In this document: piece by piece, positions 38,654-47,910 of the stretch
Numbering within the stretch: the first letter of the stretch is position 1
How the letters are laid out: each line of letters opens with the position of its first letter
From: Reclinomonas americana ATCC 50394
Lineage: Eukaryota
Direction: 5' to 3'
DNA length: 64,000 nucleotides
Assembly (NCBI GenBank): GCA_048213135.1
Contig: PS015009.1
Span: 992,001 to 1,056,000 of the forward strand
Made by a program: the position numbers and the translations under genes
Notes under the pieces: generated by a model
The model's input: the letters and a program-made list of their open reading frames with translations, nothing else
Told to the model about the DNA's origin: nothing
The model's database searches: none

Positions 38654-39064
38654 TTATGCCAGTACCGCTTCGTGGGTAATGTTGGTGTTGTACAGTTTGG
38701 AAATGGGGCAGTTGGCTTTGGCATCGGCCACGGCTGCATCAAATTGTTCTTTGCTGATGCCGGGGATGGTCGCTTTTACATTCAGGTTAGATTCGGTGAT
38801 GGCACCATCGGCGAGTGTTATGGCGCAGGTGGTCTCAATTTCATCGGCGGTAAAACCAGCGGCGTTCAGCACAAAGCTCAGCTTCATGGTAAAACATCCG
38901 GCGTGTGCAGCGGCGGCCAGCTCTTCGGGATTGGTGCCAATACCATCGGCAAAACGGGTGTTGAAAGAATATTGTACTTTATTCAGCACGGAACTCTGTG
39001 TAGAGAGGTGACCTGTGCCTTCTTTTCCTGTACCGTTCCAAACGGCGGTTGCTTTACGTGTCAT
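38654..39064 (-). CDS. osmC: OsmC family peroxiredoxin
   Basis: YSFNTRF..G.GTNPEELAAAAHAGCFTM...AKANCPIS. Confidence 0.93.
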   Translation of the reverse strand: MTRKATAVWNGTGKEGTGHLSTQSSVLNKVQYSFNTRFADGIGTNPEELAAAAHAGCFTMKLSFVLNAAGFTADEIETTCAITLADGAITESNLNVKATIPGISKEQFDAAVADAKANCPISKLYNTNITHEAVLA

Positions 39065-39070
39065 GATTGG

Positions 39071-39424
39071 TTATTTTAAATATGTGATGAATTCTTTTTC
39101 ATTGTAGCCCACTATTATACCTTTCCCGTATTCGATTACCGGTCTTTTGATGATGCTGTTGTGGGCGATCATCAGCCGGATGGCGCCGGTCTCATCTTTC
39201 AATCCTTCCTGTTCTGCCACGGGTAATTCTTTCCAGGTGGTGCTTCGTTTATTGAAAATAGTTTCCCAGCCTTTAGCTGCGCACCATTCCTGCAATTTCT
39301 CTTTCGTTATACCCAGTTGCTTGTAATCGTGAAAATCGTAAGCAATCTGATGCGCATCGAGCCACTTAAACGTTTTCTTCACTACATCGCAATTGGGAAT
39401 GCCATACAGGGTGATCTTCTTCAT
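39071..39424 (-). CDS. ArsC/Spx (YffB-like) family protein
   Basis: YGIPNCDVVKK, FHDYK, NKRSTTWK, IKRPV. Confidence 0.88.
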   Translation of the reverse strand: MKKITLYGIPNCDVVKKTFKWLDAHQIAYDFHDYKQLGITKEKLQEWCAAKGWETIFNKRSTTWKELPVAEQEGLKDETGAIRLMIAHNSIIKRPVIEYGKGIIVGYNEKEFITYLK

Positions 39425-39425
39425 A

Positions 39426-40415
39426 TCAGTATTCGGGCAACACGGGTTTGGTTTTCATGATCGACTCTATTTTTTCCATTACCTCGGGTGTCAGTTTGGA
39501 TAACACTTCCAGCGACTTAAGGTTGTCTAGCAGCTGTGATTTTTTTGTAGCCCCCAAAATGGCGGTACTTACATGCGGGTTTTTGATGCACCAGGCAATA
39601 CTCAGTGAAGCGGTGCTCACGCCCAGTTTAGCGGCCAGCTCGCTCAGTTTTTTTACTTTCTTCACTTTCTCATCCATCACCCACCTGTCTTTCAGCCAGT
39701 CGAACCCTTCCAGTGCAAAGCGGCTGCCCTTAGGGATGCCGTCGTTGTACTTACCGCTCAGCAGGCCCGATGCCAGGGGGCTCCAGATGGTAGTACCCAG
39801 CCCTGCATTTTTATAGATCTGCAAATATTCGTTCTCTACTTTTTCCCTTTCAAATAAATTGTATTGCGGCTGCTCCATCGTTGGACCAATAAGGCGGTAA
39901 TGTTCCGCCACGCGGTGAGCTTCCATAATTTCAACGCCGCTCCATTCACTGGTGCCCCAGTACAGTACTTTACCCTGCTGTATGAGGTGGTTCATGGCCC
40001 AAACGGTTTCTTCTATGGGTGTATTCTTATCAGGCCGGTGACAGAAGAACATATCCAGGTAATCTACCTGCAAACGTTGCAGCGCCTCGTTACAGGCTTC
40101 CACCAGGTGTTTGCGGCTGCAGCCGGTTTGATTGGGTTTGTTGGCGGCGCCTCTCCATCCCCAGAAGGCTTTGGAAGAAACGGTAAAGGAAGTGCGGTCC
40201 CATTTTTTCTTTTTCAGCACACGGCCCATCATTTTTTCACTTTCGCCCAGCGCATATACTTCGGCGTTATCGAAAAAATTGATGCCATTGTCATAGGCAA
40301 GGCCCATGAGTTCATCGGCTACCTTATCATTGATCTGTTTGCTGAAGCTGACCCAGCTGCCAAAAGAAAGCACACTTACCTGCAGGCCGGATTTGCCAAG
40401 ACGACGATATTCCAT
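39426..40415 (-). CDS. Aldo/keto reductase (Kv-beta-like)
   Basis: YRRLGKSGLQVS, FDNAEVY, HRPD, YWGTSEW, WSPLASG. Confidence 0.92.
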   Translation of the reverse strand: MEYRRLGKSGLQVSVLSFGSWVSFSKQINDKVADELMGLAYDNGINFFDNAEVYALGESEKMMGRVLKKKKWDRTSFTVSSKAFWGWRGAANKPNQTGCSRKHLVEACNEALQRLQVDYLDMFFCHRPDKNTPIEETVWAMNHLIQQGKVLYWGTSEWSGVEIMEAHRVAEHYRLIGPTMEQPQYNLFEREKVENEYLQIYKNAGLGTTIWSPLASGLLSGKYNDGIPKGSRFALEGFDWLKDRWVMDEKVKKVKKLSELAAKLGVSTASLSIAWCIKNPHVSTAILGATKKSQLLDNLKSLEVLSKLTPEVMEKIESIMKTKPVLPEY

Positions 40416-40505
40416 AATTAATCGAGATTAGGAAATGCAAGTTAATGTGATAATTCGACAATGCGCTCATGTGATAATTTGGTAATGCGCCGGTTTGACG
40501 GAGGG

Positions 40506-40569
40506 GTCATCCCGACATAGGAAGGGCTCTCTTTATAACCAATAGATGCTTCGTTGCCTCAGCTTGACA
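40506..40569 (+). repeat. Dispersed REP-like repeat (GTCATCCCGAC family), copy 2
   Basis: gtcatcccgacataggaagggctctc...agatgcttcgttgcctcagcttgaca; similar to the reverse complement of 26127-26173. Confidence 0.65.
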
Positions 40570-40611
40570 ATAGAACAGGAGCGGCTTGGCTGCCGATCAC
40601 ATTTGGAAAAT

Positions 40612-41193
40612 TTAGTTGGTGGGAAACTGCGTTGCCGGTACCCGTATAAAACTGTTGGTCACATTCTTGATCCATTTCTCCGAGAAATCCTGGCGGGTTT
40701 CCAGGCCGGTGCCGTCGATGATATGTGTTTTGGTGCGGATGCGGATGGGCTTATCGGTATAGAACTGGTATACAGGCCGGCTCCTGTCCCAGTACAGTTC
40801 ATCGCAATACAAAGTATCGCCGTTTTTCAGGCCAATGAACCGTACACTGTCTTTGAGAAAGACCTTGCTTTGTGTTTCCTTGTACTTGCCGTATTTGGCA
40901 TCGAGTATACTCTCCCGCTGCCCAAACTCATTGTAAAAATCCACGTGCAGGGTTTGAGGAAATTCAACATAGGCAACTGTGTCCTGCACCCGGTACATGA
41001 GTGGCGACAACAGTTTGGCCTTGGCCCTGCCACCCTGGGTGTAGTTGATATCTACCTTCCTCACCTCTTCCACACCAATGCTTTTGCTGCTGTATTTTTT
41101 CAGGTCCTCATCGCTGTTGGAACAGGCGGATAAAAAAATGCAACCCGTAAAACAGGTTGCTCTAAGAAGTTGGTATGCATTAATGCGGAACAT
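40612..41193 (-). CDS. lptC: LPS export ABC transporter periplasmic protein LptC
   Basis: Lipobox LSAC; EFPQTLHVDFY, GDTLYCDELYWD, YTDKPIRI; coaX-OMP-lptC arrangement. Confidence 0.8.
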   Translation of the reverse strand: MFRINAYQLLRATCFTGCIFLSACSNSDEDLKKYSSKSIGVEEVRKVDINYTQGGRAKAKLLSPLMYRVQDTVAYVEFPQTLHVDFYNEFGQRESILDAKYGKYKETQSKVFLKDSVRFIGLKNGDTLYCDELYWDRSRPVYQFYTDKPIRIRTKTHIIDGTGLETRQDFSEKWIKNVTNSFIRVPATQFPTN

Positions 41194-41202
41194 GCAGCAA
41201 TA

Positions 41203-42552
41203 CTAGTTGTATTTGGGTTTCTGGAACCAGCGGGCATTCATGGAAATGCCGATATTGAAACGGAATACATTTTCTTTCAGGTTGCCATTGCCGGTTGCAC
41301 CACGGCTGCCCAGTTCAACACCGGTATTCAGCACTACGTACTCACCGGTATAGCTGATCCTTTGCAACGATGTGAGTGGCAGGCCCGCACCCAGTGTAAA
41401 CGCGTATTCAGAGCGTTTGCTGTTCAGTTTCACATAGTCGGAACCATAGAAGAAACCGGCGCGGTATTTTACAAAACGGAAGTATTTTTTAGCCGCGGTG
41501 TTGGACTTCGCGGGATAGTATTGTGTACCTACCCTTACCGTCCAGCTGTTCTGTACCGCATCGGTCTGGCCATAATAACGGTAGCTGTTCCAGTTGGTGG
41601 TTTCAAAGTCTGCACCATACATCCAGTTACCGCTCTGGTAGCTGAAGCCTACGCCAACGGTCATGGGAACAGCGATTTTGCCTTTTATATCTTTCTGCTC
41701 AAATACGCTGTCGATCCTGTAAGTACCGCCGGAGGCATCGTAAGAGATGGTTTCGCGGATATCATCCCTTTTGGCGTTGAGTTTAGGCTGAAAATTGCCA
41801 TAGGCGCCTACGCGAAGCACACGGGGTATTTCGCCCACTTTATCTTTATTGAATACGGTCTCGTACTGCACACCCACATTGGCGAACAACCCGTTCATGG
41901 TAGTTTTGGTGGCAGAATTGGAGATGTAATAGATCACCGTATCGTTGATGAAATTCAGTTTGGTGCTGTATTCTTTACTGCCGAAAGTATAGCCGGCATT
42001 TACACCAACGCTGAAGCCTTTGATCTTGATGGCTGTTCCCAGGTAAGCCTGGTTAAGACCACCGGATCCTTCATACAGTGTATTCAGGCTGTCGATGGCG
42101 GTACGTTCGTTCTTTTCGATCCTGTAATTGATGCGGGTTACGGGGCGAAGGCCGAATCCCAGTACCCAGTGCATATCTTTTTTATACATTTTGGGGCTGG
42201 TGAGCGGGAAACCCATCTGCAGGTACGAAAAAATGGTATTGGCAGAAGTGAATTTCTTGGCCGGGCTGCTGCTGCGGAGGGTACGGTAAGTGACTTCACC
42301 GCCTACATCGAAGATAGTGGTGGTCAGGCTGGCGAGTGCAGCAGGGTTAGTGTTGTTAATACTCTGATAATCAACAACTCCTGCTGAAATTCCGCCCATA
42401 CTCCGACTGAAGGCATTACGATTGGGGGCTATATCTCCCAGTCCATAGCGGGAATAGGGAGAGTTCTCCTGTGAAAAAGCGGCTTCGGATAAGCCGAAAG
42501 TCAGTAAAAGCAGGGATAAAATTCTAGCCATTGTTAGTTTCGCTGAGCGCAT
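41203..42552 (-). CDS. Outer-membrane beta-barrel protein (FadL-like); start 42552 or 42531
   Basis: NSPYSRYGLGD...SMGG...NPAAL, YEGSGGLNQ, C-terminal WFQKPKYN. Confidence 0.8.
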   Translation of the reverse strand: MRSAKLTMARILSLLLLTFGLSEAAFSQENSPYSRYGLGDIAPNRNAFSRSMGGISAGVVDYQSINNTNPAALASLTTTIFDVGGEVTYRTLRSSSPAKKFTSANTIFSYLQMGFPLTSPKMYKKDMHWVLGFGLRPVTRINYRIEKNERTAIDSLNTLYEGSGGLNQAYLGTAIKIKGFSVGVNAGYTFGSKEYSTKLNFINDTVIYYISNSATKTTMNGLFANVGVQYETVFNKDKVGEIPRVLRVGAYGNFQPKLNAKRDDIRETISYDASGGTYRIDSVFEQKDIKGKIAVPMTVGVGFSYQSGNWMYGADFETTNWNSYRYYGQTDAVQNSWTVRVGTQYYPAKSNTAAKKYFRFVKYRAGFFYGSDYVKLNSKRSEYAFTLGAGLPLTSLQRISYTGEYVVLNTGVELGSRGATGNGNLKENVFRFNIGISMNARWFQKPKYN

Positions 42553-43252
42553 ACAGTCCTTTAAATAAAAAATTTGGGTCGGCAAATATCCTGTTTTTAA
42601 GTTGCCCGGCAAAATAGGCCGAATCACCCCCGGTTAAAAGGACGTTAAAGTTCCCGTATTTCGCGGCATAGGCATCGATGAAACCGTCGATTTCATAGAC
42701 CATCCCGTTAATGACCCCGCTCTGCATATTGGTTTTGGTGTCGTAACCGATAAGGGGATAATTCCAGTCGGCAGTCACTTCCGGCAGCTTGGCCGTAAAT
42801 ACATGCATGGCCCTGAACCTCATGGCCAGGCCGGGAGAAATGGCGCCACCGATAAAATCATGGTCCTGGGTAATAAAATTATACGTAATACAACTGCCCA
42901 GCCCAATGACCAGGTTGTGCTTTCCCGGGAAAAAATGAACGGCAGCGGCGCACAGGGCCAGCCTGTCGGCCCCTATCGTATCGGGACGCCCCACGGGCGT
43001 GGTGAAATTGGCCCGGGTGGTATGCGAGAGCTTATGAAAGTGGCTGGAATGCGCCAGCACATCTTCTATCGCCATATCATGATCAATAACCGATGAGAGA
43101 ATGGTATTAACAGGATGGTATTTTTCGAGCAGTTGCTGTACCGCCTCCGGGGTACCTTCCTGAAGGGTAATCTCTTCGCGGAAAATATCATCCTCAAAAA
43201 GTGCAGCTTTCAGCCGGGTGTTGCCAAAATCGAAGCAGAGTGTAATTTTCAT
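42524..43252 (-). CDS. coaX: Type III pantothenate kinase
   Basis: DFGNTRLK, IGADR, GGAISPG, LTGGD. Confidence 0.92.
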   Translation of the reverse strand: MKITLCFDFGNTRLKAALFEDDIFREEITLQEGTPEAVQQLLEKYHPVNTILSSVIDHDMAIEDVLAHSSHFHKLSHTTRANFTTPVGRPDTIGADRLALCAAAVHFFPGKHNLVIGLGSCITYNFITQDHDFIGGAISPGLAMRFRAMHVFTAKLPEVTADWNYPLIGYDTKTNMQSGVINGMVYEIDGFIDAYAAKYGNFNVLLTGGDSAYFAGQLKNRIFADPNFLFKGLYALSETNNG

Positions 43253-43277
43253 GAGCGGTGGTTTACCGGTGAAAGGG

Positions 43278-43913
43278 TTAAAGATCGAAGCCGGAAAGGT
43301 TTTTGAAATGCCCGTTCTGTTTCACCCGTTCTTTCAGGGCTTCCATTTCGGCCATAACAGGTATCACCTTCGAGAGGTGCCTTTTCAGGTATTCCTGCCG
43401 TTGCGCTTCCTGCAGCAGTTCCAGCAATTCATATTCTTCCTGCAATGAAAGCCCGGCATGGTGTGCCACATCATAACTCCACAGTTCTGAATCGGGTGCT
43501 TTAAAATCCTTCTCCACCTTTAGCAAACGGTGCAGTTGCCGTATGCCGTTGATAACGGTTTGCATCAGTATACGGGTATCGCGTTCCTGGTTATCGGGGT
43601 AATTGACAATGGCGCCGCTGTACAGTTTTTCCGGCAGGTCTTTGATCAGCTCCAGTATCCTGAAAACCCGTATGCCCCGGGTTTTAATGTCCATTTTACC
43701 ATCATCATATAACTGGCTGACTTCGGTTACTTCCACCAGTGTTCCCATTTCGTTCATCTTATCATCAATAACGGTGGGAATACCAAAAGGCTTCTTTGTT
43801 TCCACGCATTCCAGGATCAGCTGCCTGTAACGGGGTTCAAAAATATGCAGGTTGAGGTACTCACCGGGATACACTACGATCCCCAGGGGAAATATGGGCG
43901 TAAAATTGGTCAT
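43278..43913 (-). CDS. LON peptidase N-terminal substrate-binding domain protein
   Basis: PIFPLGIVVYPGE.LNLHIFEPRYRQL. Confidence 0.9.
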   Translation of the reverse strand: MTNFTPIFPLGIVVYPGEYLNLHIFEPRYRQLILECVETKKPFGIPTVIDDKMNEMGTLVEVTEVSQLYDDGKMDIKTRGIRVFRILELIKDLPEKLYSGAIVNYPDNQERDTRILMQTVINGIRQLHRLLKVEKDFKAPDSELWSYDVAHHAGLSLQEEYELLELLQEAQRQEYLKRHLSKVIPVMAEMEALKERVKQNGHFKNLSGFDL

Positions 43914-44023
43914 GCTTTGTTACCGGACTCAGATAAAGGTTCCTCTGCTAAAATTAAGCCGTTTTTTTACAATAAACCCCGCCGGGATTTGGACATTGGA
44001 TTTTTAACCGGCAATTTTGTTGT

Positions 44024-44917
44024 ATGTGGCAGCAACAACTGGACAACATACGCAATGGCGATGTAAAAACACTGGCCCGGTGCATATCCCTCGTGGAAAA
44101 TGAAAGCCCGGGCTACGAGCAGTTATTGCAGCAGTTACCCGTAACCGTTACTCCCATTATTGGTATCACCGGCCCTCCCGGCGCCGGGAAGAGTACCCTG
44201 GTAGACGGTTTGATCAGCCGCATGGTTGAACAGGGTAAAAAAGTGGGGGTGCTGTGCGTGGACCCCTCCTCGCCTTTTAACCTGGGTGCCCTGCTGGGCG
44301 ACAGGATAAGGATGAGCGAATGGTACAATAACCCCAGTGTTTTCATCCGCTCACTGGCCACCCGGGGTTCGCTGGGCGGACTGCATCCCAAGATCATCGA
44401 GATCAGCGACCTGATGAAAGCCGCACCGTTCGATTATATTATCGTGGAAACCGTAGGCGTGGGACAAAGTGAAGTGGAGATAGCCGGGCTGGCCGATGTA
44501 ACGGTAGTAGTGGTGGTGCCCGAGGCTGGCGATGAGGTGCAAACGATGAAAGCAGGCCTGATGGAAATTGCCGACCTGTTCGTTGTCAATAAGGCCGACC
44601 GGCCCGAAGCCGACACTTTTGTAAAGAACCTGAGACTGATGCTGGCACCGGCTTTCAGCAGAACGAACATTCCTATTCCTGTTATCAAAACCGTAGCGTC
44701 GCAAAAAGAAGGTATCGCTGAATTGCTGGACAACCTGTTACTGGTGATGGAACAGCACCGCAGCAATGACAAACGGTACTGGCTGCTTGCGGAAAAAGCC
44801 TGGCACCTGGTGCAGCAGAAAAGGATGGCATCGCTCAGTAAGGAGACATTGAAAAATGAGATCATGGCACAGGGCAATGACTTCAACCTGTACCGTTTTA
44901 TCGCCGCTTATTATTAA
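44024..44917 (+). CDS. meaB: Methylmalonyl-CoA mutase-associated GTPase MeaB
   Basis: GITGPPGAGKST, VDPSSP, LGDRIRM, ETVGVGQSE, KAGLMEIAD, NKAD. Confidence 0.93.
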   Translation: MWQQQLDNIRNGDVKTLARCISLVENESPGYEQLLQQLPVTVTPIIGITGPPGAGKSTLVDGLISRMVEQGKKVGVLCVDPSSPFNLGALLGDRIRMSEWYNNPSVFIRSLATRGSLGGLHPKIIEISDLMKAAPFDYIIVETVGVGQSEVEIAGLADVTVVVVVPEAGDEVQTMKAGLMEIADLFVVNKADRPEADTFVKNLRLMLAPAFSRTNIPIPVIKTVASQKEGIAELLDNLLLVMEQHRSNDKRYWLLAEKAWHLVQQKRMASLSKETLKNEIMAQGNDFNLYRFIAAYY

Positions 44918-45165
44918 AGACCGGCGTTCTCTTCCGCTTCCACCTGCCGGTTATTTTTCCACCACCGGAAACCGATATAACCTACAATAACAAATGGCGC
45001 CGCCATCAGGTACAAAATACCTTTATTCAAACCTTTGGCTGGCTTTTCACCCAACTGCTGGGCAGATTTAGTACACACCGAACATTGTGCAACAACACCC
45101 GTTGAAGCGAAAAGGGAAACGAGGAGAAGGGATAATATGACGAAGGATTTTTTCACCGGTTGCAA
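44914..45165 (-). CDS. Small conserved Bacteroidota membrane protein with CxxC (true start perhaps GTG 45156)
   Basis: AQCSVC...GLNKGILYLMAAPF; a TAACTTTG box at 45163-45170 overlaps the track's start codon. Confidence 0.75.
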   Translation of the reverse strand: MQPVKKSFVILSLLLVSLFASTGVVAQCSVCTKSAQQLGEKPAKGLNKGILYLMAAPFVIVGYIGFRWWKNNRQVEAEENAGL

Positions 45166-45286
45166 AGTTAGGCCATTAACTGCTGAATAGCGGGAAAGAT
45201 AAAGTGAATATTACACCAGGCTGGAAGTCAGGCCGCTTTATATAGCCAGCCGGGGTCAGGTGATTTATTTTATCCTGTTCCGCCTG

Positions 45287-45739
45287 TCACAGTCCTTCTC
45301 CGGGTGGCACGGAAGCAAGACAGGTATTGCATTTTCCTTTCAGTACCACCTGGCAGCTCTCAGCCTGGTACCCGGCGGGTGCGAAATCGGTAAGCACATT
45401 AAAGACTTTTGCTGTTGTTATGGTGCCGCATGTTTTACAGATAAAATAACCCGCTATTTTTCCCGGCTCAATAACGGCTCCTGCTCCCGGAAGCTCCCGC
45501 GTAAAATACTGCGGCCATCCCGCGTTGCCGGGTGCTGTTTCAATCAACCCTTTTTTCAGAAAAAGTTGCAGCGTCCTGTAAACCGATACCCTGTCGAGCC
45601 TGTCCGGTGTAAGCCGCTGAATATCGGACGTGCCGATGGCCCCGATATGTGATACCAGGGTTCTGAGCACCGTTATACGGGTGGCCGTGATGTAAATACC
45701 TTTTCGTTTCAGTATGTTGATGAGTTCGTCATCTGTCAT
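45287..45739 (-). CDS. Fur-family transcriptional regulator, atypical (start may be as far upstream as 45802/45829)
   Basis: TATRITVL, DRVSVYRTLQLFLKKGLI wHTH; CKTC and CNTC pairs; the His cluster before the first CxxC is absent. Confidence 0.85.
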   Translation of the reverse strand: MTDDELINILKRKGIYITATRITVLRTLVSHIGAIGTSDIQRLTPDRLDRVSVYRTLQLFLKKGLIETAPGNAGWPQYFTRELPGAGAVIEPGKIAGYFICKTCGTITTAKVFNVLTDFAPAGYQAESCQVVLKGKCNTCLASVPPGEGL

Positions 45740-45847
45740 GCCGGGAAGAATAATACGGGAAAGAATAGCTTTTCTGCGGCTTATCCATCCCTTATGCTTC
45801 ATGCAGAAGTTATTTTGCTGTAACAGCAAACGTGTATAAGCCGGTGA

Positions 45848-46249
45848 TCATGACCATGGAGCAGGTGGTCCCCGTAATGTAAAAGTGAGCGGAACCCGGT
45901 TACTGACAAGCGACCGGAAGGGGGCATGGTAAGAAGATAATAATAACGGTTGCAGCAATGCCTGTCCCGGCATATCAAACAGGTAGGGAGAGGCCGTTAC
46001 CACATCATTACAATCACAATGAAAGCCCGCAACGGAAAACACAGGCTCATGCGTGTGCTTGTTTACAGGCTGGTTACTGTCTGTATGATGCGCAAAATGA
46101 CTGTGCAGGAAACGCTTGGGCGTAATGCTGAACAGGAAGATGAGCAACAGGAAAAAAGCCTGGCAGGATCGTATTTTTTGTGTGGCGATCAAAAATGCTA
46201 CTTTGTTGCAATTTACAAATTTGCCGCAATGTTGCAAATATTGCGGCAA
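45848..46249 (-). CDS. Small His/Cys-rich protein ending in RGPP (candidate regulatory leader; probable start TTG 46192)
   Basis: Hydrophobic N-segment, HSHFAHHTD...KHTHE...HCDC, C-terminal LRGPPAPWS. Confidence 0.7.
   Translation of the reverse strand: MPQYLQHCGKFVNCNKVAFLIATQKIRSCQAFFLLLIFLFSITPKRFLHSHFAHHTDSNQPVNKHTHEPVFSVAGFHCDCNDVVTASPYLFDMPGQALLQPLLLSSYHAPFRSLVSNRVPLTFTLRGPPAPWS
46196..46236. promoter_or_regulatory. Two TGCAAC-N3-GTTGCA-like boxes
   Basis: TGCTAC-ttt-GTTGCA (46196-46210) and TGCCGC-aat-GTTGCA (46222-46236). Confidence 0.55.
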
Positions 46250-46339
46250 AAAATGTGAGAACTCCCGCTCAACTGCGATGATGATCTGGTCTGCAGTGTT
46301 ATCAGCGCCTTAGCGGGAGATCATATGTTATGTGAAACA

Positions 46340-46750
46340 TTAATGGCTTCCGCCGAAATTACACAGGATGTAAATGGGCTGGGTGGATGTAGCGGTATTA
46401 CCGTCCTTATCCGTAACTGTGAGCATTACCGTATGATTGCCATGCATGGGAAAAGAGAAAGCAGGGCTTTTTTCGGAAGACTTAACGTTGTTGTCAAACT
46501 TCCAGGCATACTGCACAACACCCGGCGCTTTAGGTTCGAATTTTATCTGCTGGTTCTCAAAAATATTATTGATGTCTGGTGCCGAAAAGGTGAACCGGGC
46601 GCTGAAGGGTTCGTCGGGTGCAGAAGGGGTGATGCTGCCAGATGGCGTACCGGTGGCCGGAGTATCCTGTGCCAGCGTATCGGATGACATTTTCTGGCAG
46701 GAGCTGAATACCAGTACTGCACTGGCAAGAAGAGCGGTTAGCTTTTTCAT
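46340..46750 (-). CDS. PKD-domain lipoprotein
   Basis: Lipobox FSSC; YAWKFDN...P...G.HTVMLTVTDKDG PKD signature; C-terminal CNFGGSH. Confidence 0.8.
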   Translation of the reverse strand: MKKLTALLASAVLVFSSCQKMSSDTLAQDTPATGTPSGSITPSAPDEPFSARFTFSAPDINNIFENQQIKFEPKAPGVVQYAWKFDNNVKSSEKSPAFSFPMHGNHTVMLTVTDKDGNTATSTQPIYILCNFGGSH

Positions 46751-46827
46751 TGTGTTGTCTTTTTTGGTTGTAGTAGTAGAATTGGTATGCTGAAATTAAT
46801 CGCCTCTGCAGCCAATTTCAAATAAAA

Positions 46828-46905
46828 TTCAACCGTGTTGCATTTTATTTTGACAGTGTTTCAAGTTGCCGGTAATTGTTGCAAAAACAATGATAAAATG
46901 TTGCA
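46828..46905. promoter_or_regulatory. Further TGCAAC-N3-GTTGCA-like boxes upstream of the PKD lipoprotein
   Basis: TTCAAC-cgt-GTTGCA (46828-46842), half-site TGTTGCA (46877-46883), TGATAA-aat-GTTGCA (46891-46905). Confidence 0.5.
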
Positions 46906-46949
46906 TTTTATGCATGGCAGCATTCGGGTAATATATCAATTTGAATTAT

Positions 46950-47026
46950 CTCCCGCAAAGGCACAAAGAGCGCAAAGTAGCTAACCTTACTGACTGCGCT
47001 TCTCGGCCTTAGCGGCTTTGTGGGAA
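46950..47026. repeat. REP-like inverted repeat (copy B)
   Basis: tcccgcaaaggcacaaag...cttagcggctttgtggga; related to 20885-20962. Confidence 0.6.
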
Positions 47027-47104
47027 GCGTTGTATTTTCAAAATGATACACTACCCAAATTCGTCTTTGCGGGCCGGAGAGAGAATTATCCCTAATTTTA
47101 AACC

Positions 47105-47830
47105 ATGAAATACATGATGATCATATGCCTGGTTGCAGTTTGCAGCATTGGCCGGGCACAGGTACCACAGAAAGCAAAGACCGCTTTTGCCGAAGCGCAG
47201 GCTTTTGAAAAACAGGGTAAGTATAAAGAGGCGCTGGATAAAATAAAAATAGCTACCGATGCTTACCCCAAATACTACCAGGCTTTCGCGCTGGGTGGTT
47301 CCATCTTCCGCAAATTCGCCCTGCAGGCCGATGTGATCTTTTGTTACCGCAAAGCTATCGAGATCAAACCCGATTACTGCCAGGCCTATATTGAATTCGC
47401 TGATTTTTATAAAAGCACAAGAAACAACCTCGACTCTTCTTTCATTTACCTGAACAAAGCGGTAAAATATAACTGCAACGATACCAGCAAGGAATTGAAT
47501 TACAGCCTGGGTTATTACTACAACGAAAAAGCGAAATACGATTCGGCCATTTACTTTCTGAAAAAAGTATTATCGATAGACAAAAAGAATAAGATCGCCC
47601 TTAACGAGATCAGCTATTCCTATCGCAAAAAAGAAAACTACGAAGAAGCCATACGTGAGTTCCGCCAGTTCTATGAAGATTCACAACTCGACCTTTGCAT
47701 TTATTATATCGGCATGTTCTATATAGAGATGAAACAGAAAGACAAAGCCCTTGAGGCACTGAATGAACTGAAGGATAAAAAATCGGGGATGTATACGGGG
47801 CTTCAGAAGAAGATAGAATCGATGAAGTAG
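47105..47830 (+). CDS. Exported tetratricopeptide-repeat protein
   Basis: Signal peptide; YRKAIEIKPDY, YSLGYYY...YDSAI..LKKVL TPR patterns. Confidence 0.85.
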   Translation: MKYMMIICLVAVCSIGRAQVPQKAKTAFAEAQAFEKQGKYKEALDKIKIATDAYPKYYQAFALGGSIFRKFALQADVIFCYRKAIEIKPDYCQAYIEFADFYKSTRNNLDSSFIYLNKAVKYNCNDTSKELNYSLGYYYNEKAKYDSAIYFLKKVLSIDKKNKIALNEISYSYRKKENYEEAIREFRQFYEDSQLDLCIYYIGMFYIEMKQKDKALEALNELKDKKSGMYTGLQKKIESMK

Positions 47831-47910
47831 ATCGAAAGACAAAAATCAAAAGTAAAAAATCAAAAGTGGCTTCTGCTAACAAAAGCGGCCATTTTGACTT
47901 TTTAATTTCC

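Noticed and set aside
39071-39424. Arsenic-resistance locus
   Set aside because: YffB/Spx-like member with no arsB/acr3 or arsenic regulator adjacent
40445-40490. Direct repeat as a CRISPR remnant
   Set aside because: Only two abutting 22-bp units with no spacers and no cas genes
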